Source: Nitrosospira multiformis ATCC 25196 (GTDB taxonomy: Bacteria > Pseudomonadota > Gammaproteobacteria > Burkholderiales > Nitrosomonadaceae). From it: 32,000 nt of DNA. Below the pieces are notes generated by a model, which searched no databases, was not told where the DNA came from, and saw only the letters and a program-made list of their open reading frames with translations. The stretch lies in the NCBI RefSeq assembly GCF_000196355.1, contig NC_007614.1, forward strand, positions 2,100,001 to 2,132,000. The letters are read 5' to 3'. The position numbers were made by a program, and so were the translations under genes. Of this stretch, positions 17,506 to 23,646 are shown piece after piece (position 1 is the first letter of the stretch; each line of letters starts with the position of its first letter).

Positions 17506-17609
17506 GCTTGTTCCCCTTATGTCTGTAAACAGATGCGTTCCAGATTCCATGGACGAATTCCACAGATTGGAAATGCGTCTTAATCTTATTTGGAACCTTG
17601 ATTAGCTAG

Positions 17610-17633
17610 ACGAATAAGGATTCGAAGAATTTA
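17610..17633 (-). promoter_or_regulatory. Candidate ECF-sigma (PvdS-type iron-starvation box) promoter: TAAAT-N16-CGT
   Basis: The minus strand reads ccTAAATtcttcgaatccttattCGTct. TAAAT is the complement of 17629-17633, CGT the complement of 17610-17612, and the spacer is exactly 16 nt. It is oriented toward the mbtH-like gene, 57 nt upstream of the 17550 ATG and 102 nt upstream of the 17505 ATG. Confidence 0.5.
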
Positions 17634-17750
17634 GGAAAACGACTGATAGCTGACCGGTTTTTGATCAGAGAGATCGAAGAGATAGCTTGATAGCGAAAAT
17701 TTTTTGTGACTTTTTAATCCCGGATAGCTCAGGCATTAAGCTATATCTTC

Positions 17751-17769
17751 GATAATAATGAGTTTTATA
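17751..17769. promoter_or_regulatory. Weak Fur-box-like 19-mer
   Basis: gataataatgagttttata matches GATAATGATAATCATTATC at 13/19 positions by my count. It lies in the AT-rich non-coding region upstream of the NRPS operon. Confidence 0.2.
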
Positions 17770-18005
17770 CCCATTTCTATTATGATGGATCGCGATGCCT
17801 TGCTCTAATGAGCGTTAGATCCCCTTCGCGAGCCTCTAGAGTTCTGTTTGATATCTGATTTTCTCCGTGTCGAACTCTCGATACATTTCTCCTGCTTTGC
17901 CGCATCCTGGTTACAGAATAGTTGAAAAGAAACGCGAATAAGGATTAGTATCGCATGACCTGCCCCTCCTATTAGCTTCATGACGTAGTAGAGTCCGATT
18001 CTTAA

Positions 18006-18044
18006 TGACCCTACCCCAGAATCAGTACCGGCGCATTCAACCGG
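18006..18044. repeat. IS30 element left terminal inverted repeat
   Basis: tgaccctaccccagaatcagtaccggcgcattcaaccgg. The reverse complement of 19221-19260 is tgaccctaccccaataaactgtaccggcgcattcaaccgg. The outer 13 nt and inner 21 nt are identical, with a short mismatched or indel core. Confidence 0.8.
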
Positions 18045-18086
18045 TCAGTGCAACACCTATTGATTCTTGATTTGTAGAGGTGTGCA

Positions 18087-19229
18087 ATGGCTAGCGTATA
18101 TGGTGGCATGACTGATGAACGCAAAGCGTGTATTTGGCGGTTATGGCAGCAAGGGGTTGCTATGAGTGTAATTGCTAGAGATATTGCAAAGCCGCCTGCG
18201 ACGGTATATTCGTATCTTCTCTACCATGGAGGCATAAAGCCGAGGCAACGATCTCGTCGATCTGGTTGCCTGTCGCTGAAGGAACGTGAAATGATTTCTC
18301 GTGGATTGGCTAGTTGCAAAAGCCTGCGCAGGATTAGCCAGGAACTTGGTCGGGCTGCCTCTACGATATCAAGAGAAATTGCCCGCAATGGCGGACCTGA
18401 AAAATATCGGGCATGCCATGCCGAGAAAGCTTTTCTCAAGCGCAGTCGACGCCCCAAGCCCACATTGCTTTCCCAGGATGAGGAGCTAAGAGGCGTGGTA
18501 ACAGCACTGCTGGAGGCTGATTGGTCGCCAGAACAGATAACCGGATGGCTCAAGCGACACTCTTCTGACGGAAAAGCGATGTGTGTATCGCATGAGACGA
18601 TCTACAAATCCCTGTTCATTCAAACTCGTGGCGTACTACGCCAGGAACTGAAGAAGCACTTGCGCACCAAAAGAATGTTTCGTCACGCCAAGTCCCACCG
18701 GGTTGCAGGCAGAGGACACATTACCGATGCGATTTCTATTCGAGAGCGCCCTGCACAGGTGGAAGACAGGGCCCTGCCGGGGCATTGGGAAGGAGACCTG
18801 CTTATAGGCTCGAGTAATAGTGGCATTGCTACGATGGTCGAGAGATACTCCAGATTCACCGTGCTTTGCAAAGTGCAGGACAAGCGCGCTGAAAGTGTTG
18901 TTCAGTCCTTGATAACCCAGATGCGCATGCTTCCTGAGCAACTGCGTAAGAGCCTGACATGGGATAGAGGCCAGGAACTTGCCGCACACAAGCGATTTAC
19001 CATGGCCACCAATATGGCCGTCTATTTCTGCGATCCGAGCAGCCCATGGCAAAGGGGAACCAATGAGAATACCAATGGCCTGCTAAGACAATACTTTCCA
19101 AAAGGAACGAGTTTGGCGCCATACACACAGTGTCAACTGAATGAGGTCGCCGAAAAACCAAACTCTCGCCCGAGGAAAACCTTGGATTTTAGAACACCCG
19201 CCCAAGTACTGAATGAAGCGTTGCACTGA
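18087..19229 (+). CDS. IS30-family DDE transposase
   Basis: 380 aa. N-terminal helix-turn-helix regions, HWEGDL, TWDRGQE, PWQRGTNENTNGLLRQYFPKG (the IS30 DD(33)E-type catalytic signature). Confidence 0.95.
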   Translation: MASVYGGMTDERKACIWRLWQQGVAMSVIARDIAKPPATVYSYLLYHGGIKPRQRSRRSGCLSLKEREMISRGLASCKSLRRISQELGRAASTISREIARNGGPEKYRACHAEKAFLKRSRRPKPTLLSQDEELRGVVTALLEADWSPEQITGWLKRHSSDGKAMCVSHETIYKSLFIQTRGVLRQELKKHLRTKRMFRHAKSHRVAGRGHITDAISIRERPAQVEDRALPGHWEGDLLIGSSNSGIATMVERYSRFTVLCKVQDKRAESVVQSLITQMRMLPEQLRKSLTWDRGQELAAHKRFTMATNMAVYFCDPSSPWQRGTNENTNGLLRQYFPKGTSLAPYTQCQLNEVAEKPNSRPRKTLDFRTPAQVLNEALH

Positions 19230-19260
19230 CCGGTTGAATGCGCCGGTACAGTTTATTGGG
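19221..19260. repeat. IS30 element right terminal inverted repeat
   Basis: ccggttgaatgcgccggtacagtttattggggtagggtca, the inverted partner of 18006-18044. Confidence 0.8.
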
Positions 19261-19756
19261 GTAGGGTCACAGAACGTTTCGGGTAGTCGTAACGATGAGA
19301 CTGTGCCAGGGGGCAGCAGCAGAACCGGGCCTCCTACGTCTTGCGCTCATCCCCTTGAAATTTATGCATCGTTTGTCGACGCATTTGGCGGCTGCAGACT
19401 TTTCCTGGCGGAACAAGGTGGGTGCCGGTATAGCCATCACACACGGTTGGGGCTGGTTGTGAATCCAGGGGCAAAGATTGGGAATAACGTAACCCTTTTT
19501 CACGGGGTTACCCTTGGGTGATCGCATTTCCCCTGACGGAAATAGTCAAACTGAACACCCAGTGATTGAGGATGAAGTCTGGATCGGGCCTCACGCGATC
19601 ATCGTCGGAGGAGTAACCATAGGTCGCGGAAGCAGAATCGCAGGAGGCGCATTTGTTACAGAGAACGTCCCTCCCTATTCAATTGTATCGGGAAATCCCT
19701 CTACGATTGTCAAAGCGAATTGTACGCCGGATGTAATGAATCCCGCTCCCCTCTGA
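19261..19756 (+). pseudogene. Hexapeptide-repeat (left-handed beta-helix) O-acetyltransferase, CysE/WcaB-like; 5'-truncated and frameshifted
   Basis: The frame starting at 19262 reads ...LLRLALIPLKFMHRLSTHLAAADFSWRNKVGAGIAITHGWG, then stops. The next frame continues LGLVVNPGAKIGNNVTLFHGVTLG*. The original frame resumes GDRISPDGNSQTEHPVIEDEVWIGPHAIIVGGVTIGRGSRIAGGAFVTENVPPYSIVSGNPSTIV. Both frame changes fall in G runs (about 19448-19451 and about 19516-19518). The N-terminal part expected for this family is missing at the IS30 boundary. Confidence 0.7.
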
Positions 19757-19929
19757 TAAGACGCATGAATCATTCGGAGATACCGCATATTGGCACTCGT
19801 TTTGCCACATCCACGCCTTAAAGTCTATTCCGGGCTGTAGTAGGGGTATATCAATTCAACTCCAGCGGATTGATGTGACGTAGCAAAGAACATTATGGAG
19901 CCCCCCATCACAGTATTATCTCTTCGTCA

Positions 19930-20145
19930 TCAATCCTCGGCAGGGGGTTCAAAGGGTGGAACAAGACCGGTGATGAGCCAGAGGCGGGAAGCCTCATCGT
20001 AGGCCTTTCTATGGGCAAGGTTCATGCTTAGCCAACCGATCAGCTCTTCCCGTTCAATGGGGCTGAGTGACTCGTGCTCACGTATCACCCACTCGACTGC
20101 TGTATGCCACACCTGATCCGAATCCTGGTCCTCTGAATTCGCCAC
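19930..20145 (-). CDS. FecR-type anti-sigma factor, N-terminal (sigma-binding, DUF4880-like) domain only; possible gene remnant
   Basis: 71 aa, GTG start with AGGTGA upstream. AVEWVIREHESLSPIEREELIGWLSMNLAHRKAYDEASRLW fits the pattern A..W..rl......s......l..WL..dp.h..Ay......w of FecR/FpvR N-termini. No transmembrane or periplasmic part follows. It lies 141 nt downstream of the ECF sigma gene. Confidence 0.6.
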   Translation of the reverse strand: MANSEDQDSDQVWHTAVEWVIREHESLSPIEREELIGWLSMNLAHRKAYDEASRLWLITGLVPPFEPPAED

Positions 20146-20286
20146 GCTCTCACCTTGATGTTCCCTCGATGAATCTTCGGATCCATCGATTCTTTAAACT
20201 TACCCGAAACAAGTATAGCGGATACCGTTGTGCAAATGCTTCCAGGCTACAGGAGTGATCCAGGCTGGCAGTGATCAAGTGGGAGA

Positions 20287-20796
20287 CTAGGTGGATTGGA
20301 GAGCGGCGCGGCAGTGGTCTAGTGCCTCGTGGATCAGGATATTCACTAGGGAAGTCGAAATAGCCAGTTCGGCAGCGATGGCACGGTGCGTCTGCCCTTC
20401 CAGACGATGAAGTTCAAAAGCGCGCCTCGTCCGCTCCGGAAGTTCCGATATTGCTTTTGCAACCAGTTTCAGATGCTCGCGGCTGATGACCGTGGCTTCG
20501 GGCATGCCAATATGGGAGGGCACATGCAGCCCGTTGTCTTCGCCCTCGAAAAGATTCAATTCGAATGAAATGCGCCGATGATGATCGATGGCAAGATTGC
20601 GAACCATCTGGAACAGGTATGCGACGGGCTGCTTGACGTGGAATACTGCCGCTGCTTCCGATACTTTGAGATATGCATCCTGCACCACATCCTCCGCCCG
20701 CTCGGGATTACCGAGAATCTTGAGCGCCGCCCAGCGCAACTGGGACCGATGAGCCATGAAGACTTCGCTCAGTTCAACCTGCTCTTCGACAATCAT
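20287..20796 (-). CDS. ECF sigma-70 factor, FecI/PvdS (iron-starvation) group
   Basis: RAEDVVQDAYLKV (region 2), VAYLFQMVRNLAIDHHRR, LPERTRRAFELHRLEGQTHRAIAAELAISTSLVNILIHEALDHCR (region 4 HTH). By my recollection these blocks closely parallel Pseudomonas PvdS. I prefer the ATG at 20796 (GGAG 8 nt upstream). The longest ORF starts at 20829. Confidence 0.9.
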   Translation of the reverse strand: MIVEEQVELSEVFMAHRSQLRWAALKILGNPERAEDVVQDAYLKVSEAAAVFHVKQPVAYLFQMVRNLAIDHHRRISFELNLFEGEDNGLHVPSHIGMPEATVISREHLKLVAKAISELPERTRRAFELHRLEGQTHRAIAAELAISTSLVNILIHEALDHCRAALQST

Positions 20797-20833
20797 TACC
20801 GCATCTCCACAAAAAGCATATAATAACAATAAC

Positions 20834-20852
20834 GAGAAGTATTCTTATTATC
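20834..20852 (-). promoter_or_regulatory. Fur-box-like 19-mer upstream of the ECF sigma gene
   Basis: The minus strand reads GATAATAAGAATACTTCTC, 14/19 matches to GATAATGATAATCATTATC by my count. It lies 38-56 nt upstream of the preferred sigma start, in the AT-rich divergent intergenic region. Confidence 0.4.
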
Positions 20853-20943
20853 ATATAGCAATTTCTATTTTACAATATGGATCAACTTCCGGTTCTGAAG
20901 GATAGAGTGGATATCCTCACTTTCCGGATCGGCTTGAACCGAA

Positions 20944-22332
20944 ATGGCCAGAATATTTGCGATAATAATTGTTTCGATTTCCCTCGCCGGAATTGGCGGT
21001 TGCAAAACATCTCCACTGAGAAATCCTGGAGATGCAGGCGCAGCAATCCCAGCCAGATGGACAGCGGATAAAGGGACTCCACAACCCACCCCGGAAAACT
21101 GGGTAGAAACTTTTGGCGACCCTAATCTGAGCGCCGTGGTTAACAGCGCCCTGGCGGATAATTATCAACTGAAGGCTGCGGCGGCGCGGGTAAAAGCTGC
21201 GGTGGCCCAGGCGCGCATAGACGGTGCAAGCCGATGGCCGCAACTGCTCTTTGCCCCGGATTACCAATATGCGCAAATCCGCGAGGAGGGATTCGGCTCA
21301 GCTCGCTTCAGTGTGTTTGAAACATTGTTCAGCCTGAGCTGGGAGCTGGATGTGTGGGGACGGATAAGCGACTTCCAGCAGGCAGCAATAAGAGAAGCGA
21401 ATGCGACCGCAACCGATTTTCAAGGGGCGCGCCTGTCTCTGGCCGCACGGGTGGCGCAGAGTTATTTTGAGCTTGCCGAAGCCAGACTGCAAGCAGCAGT
21501 GGCGGAGCGATCGGTAAAGGATCGCAGCGTTATTGTCGACCTGGTGCGGGGGCGCTTCGCCCGGGGTTTGACGAAAGCGCTGGATGTGCGCCTGGCCCTC
21601 ACCGACCTTGCCAACGCGGAGGCCGAGCTTACCCAGGCGCGCAACCAAGTTCAGATCGTGGCACGCCGACTGCAAGTGCTGCTTGGGCGCTATCCGGAAG
21701 CTGTGCTGAGGGCGACTGCGGAACTGCCTGAACTTCCACCCGATATGCCAGCGGGGTTGCCCTCGGAATTGCTGGAAAGACGGCCGGATCTCGTCTCTGC
21801 CTATGATCGTTTACTGGCTGCCGACTCCCGTCTGCAAAGCACGAGAAAATTACTGCTGCCGCGAGTTGCCCTGACTGCAGCGGGAGGAATGCGCAGCCAG
21901 GCACTGACCGAATTGGTGGATCCCAGGGCTCTCGCATGGAACGTGCTCATCGGGTTGGCGCAACCGGTATTCACGGGCGGGCGCATCCGCGGCCAGATCG
22001 AACTTGACAAGGCACAGACCGAGCAGGCCCTTAATCTGTACAAGGACACGGCACTCAATGCTTTCCGGGAAGTGGAGCAGGCGCTGGCAGCCGACGAATG
22101 GCTACGGAAGGAAGAAAAAGCCTTGAGAAGTGCGGTTGAGCAAACCGAAGCAAGCCGAAAACTGGCAGTCTATTCCTATCAACATGGGTATATCGAAATT
22201 CTTACCCTGCTGGATAGCTACCGCAGCACCCTCACTGCCCAGAGTGCGCATCTTTCCGTCAGGCGCCAGCTTCTGAGCAATCGAATCAATCTTTACCTGG
22301 CATTAGGAGGCAGCATTTGCGAGGCGTGCTGA
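20944..22332 (+). CDS. RND efflux outer-membrane factor lipoprotein (NodT/OprM family)
   Basis: 462 aa. Signal peptide plus lipobox LAGIGGC. Two-repeat OEP-type helical sequence (WPQL..., LDVWGR, ALGG near the C-terminus). Confidence 0.9.
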   Translation: MARIFAIIIVSISLAGIGGCKTSPLRNPGDAGAAIPARWTADKGTPQPTPENWVETFGDPNLSAVVNSALADNYQLKAAAARVKAAVAQARIDGASRWPQLLFAPDYQYAQIREEGFGSARFSVFETLFSLSWELDVWGRISDFQQAAIREANATATDFQGARLSLAARVAQSYFELAEARLQAAVAERSVKDRSVIVDLVRGRFARGLTKALDVRLALTDLANAEAELTQARNQVQIVARRLQVLLGRYPEAVLRATAELPELPPDMPAGLPSELLERRPDLVSAYDRLLAADSRLQSTRKLLLPRVALTAAGGMRSQALTELVDPRALAWNVLIGLAQPVFTGGRIRGQIELDKAQTEQALNLYKDTALNAFREVEQALAADEWLRKEEKALRSAVEQTEASRKLAVYSYQHGYIEILTLLDSYRSTLTAQSAHLSVRRQLLSNRINLYLALGGSICEAC

Positions 22333-22352
22333 AACAACTGGCAAGCAAGGGC

Positions 22353-23558
22353 ATGCTCAAAATCATCATCCCCGTTCTTGTTGTGCTGGCCGGCATCAGT
22401 ATTTCGTGGGCGATTGCTGTTCACCGCCCGTCACTGAAATCCGAATTGCCGGATAGCGGAATACCAGCGGTACAGGTGATCGAGACAACTCCCCAAACGA
22501 TCAAGCTGAATATTAGTTCCCAAGGTGTAGTCGTGCCCCGTACCGAGATTGATCTCGTCCCCGAGGTAGCGGGTCAGATCGTTCGACTTCATCCCAGCCT
22601 GGCGGCCGGAGGTTTTTTTGAGGCGGGCGATATACTGATGATGATCGATCCCCGCGACTATGATCATGCGATCGCGGAGGCATACGCGCGCATCGCCGAG
22701 GCGGAGCGCCAGGTTGCGATGGAAGAGGCGCAGGCGGAACAGGCACGCCAGGAATGGCAGGTTCTGGGGGAAGGAACACCCTCGCCTTTGACCATGCGGG
22801 AGCCGCAACTGGCGGAGGCACGCGCAAAACTGAAGGCAGCGCAGGCCGACATGGTAAAAGCCCGCCTGCAGCGAGGCCGGTGCGAGTGGCGCTCGCCATT
22901 TGCCGGGCGTGTGCGCAACATGCATATCGGTCTTGGTCAGTACGTTCAACCTGGAGAAAAGCTGGCCCGCCTTTATGCGACCGATGTTGCCCAGATACGC
23001 CTGCCTTTGGCGACCGACCAATTCGCATACCTCGATCTTCTCCTCGACCATAGGGACAACAAGGCAGAAAGGGGACCCAGGGTTGTCTTGAGCGGGGAAT
23101 TTGCGGGCGCAACTCACCGATGGGAGGGGCACGTTATCCGGACGGAGGGTGCGCTGGATGAGGAAACCGGGCTCCTCCACGCCGTTGCCGAAGTGCGGAA
23201 TCCTTATAAGGTCAAGTCCGGCCAGCCTCCGCTCATACCCGGCTTGTTTGTAAAAGCGGAGATCGAAGGGCGGGAGCAGGCCGATGTCTTTGTATTGCCG
23301 CCCGGAGCCGTCAATGCTTCCCGGGAGGTGCTACTCGTCGATGCGGAAAACCGCCTGCATATCCGCGGTGTAGAAATTTTGCGGCGTGAGCCCGATCGCA
23401 TTCTCGCCAAAAGGGGGTTGAACGCGGGAGATAGGCTCGTCATCTCGAGGATCGAGGTCCCCGTGGAGGGAATGAAGGTAAGCGCCGAGATTGTGGATCC
23501 GGGGCCGAAGCTCAAAAAGACCGGTCTGGAGGCGCCAACACAGGATGGTGCGCTATGA
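22353..23558 (+). CDS. RND efflux periplasmic adaptor (membrane fusion protein, HlyD family)
   Basis: N-terminal membrane anchor MLKIIIPVLVVLAGISISWAI, a coiled-coil hairpin segment (AEAYARIAEAERQVAMEEAQAEQARQE...AEARAKLKAAQADMVKARLQ), and beta-barrel and lipoyl-like segments. I prefer the ATG at 22353, 20 nt after the OMF stop. The ORF-track start at 22317 is a TTG overlapping the OMF gene. Confidence 0.9.
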   Translation: MLKIIIPVLVVLAGISISWAIAVHRPSLKSELPDSGIPAVQVIETTPQTIKLNISSQGVVVPRTEIDLVPEVAGQIVRLHPSLAAGGFFEAGDILMMIDPRDYDHAIAEAYARIAEAERQVAMEEAQAEQARQEWQVLGEGTPSPLTMREPQLAEARAKLKAAQADMVKARLQRGRCEWRSPFAGRVRNMHIGLGQYVQPGEKLARLYATDVAQIRLPLATDQFAYLDLLLDHRDNKAERGPRVVLSGEFAGATHRWEGHVIRTEGALDEETGLLHAVAEVRNPYKVKSGQPPLIPGLFVKAEIEGREQADVFVLPPGAVNASREVLLVDAENRLHIRGVEILRREPDRILAKRGLNAGDRLVISRIEVPVEGMKVSAEIVDPGPKLKKTGLEAPTQDGAL

Positions 23559-23646
23559 GCGAAGCTTATATGCCCAGCTGTTCTTCGTTCCATTTGCTAT
23601 GCCCGCCACTTTGCCAAGAGAAGAGTCTATCCGTGAGTTTTTTTTA

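Larger units (their letters stand above)
18006..19260 (+). mobile_element. IS30-family insertion sequence, apparently complete (1255 bp)
   Basis: A single transposase ORF is bounded by imperfect terminal inverted repeats. The transposase stop lies inside the right repeat, as is common in IS30-family elements. The flanks (ttcttaa | ... | cagaacg) show no obvious direct target duplication. Confidence 0.85.

Noticed and set aside
15731-17583. Plus-strand ORFs antisense to the PPTase, thioesterase and MbtH genes (15828..16391, 16201..16680, 16688..17098, 17242..17583 and others).
   Set aside because: They have low-complexity Arg/Ser/Pro-rich translations, and the opposite strand has convincing family motifs.
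17935-17960. The second copy of cgaataaggatt as a possible second IS-box promoter.
   Set aside because: On the minus strand it lacks both TAAAT at the required 16-nt spacing and the CGT element (it reads CGC), so it is not an IS box.
20230-20286. Imperfect tandem GATCACT..AGCCTG / GATCACT..AGCCTGGA just downstream of the sigma gene stop (minus strand).
   Set aside because: The repeats are short (7-8 nt), with no convincing hairpin or known motif. This is compatible with chance, so it was not promoted to a feature.
23491-23646. An N-terminal extension of the RND permease ORF (start at 23491), and the alternative short ATGA-coupled ORF at 23555.
   Set aside because: The extension overlaps the MFP gene by 68 nt and encodes a basic, non-membrane sequence before the conserved RND N-terminus. 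The ATGA-coupled frame terminates after about 30 codons.
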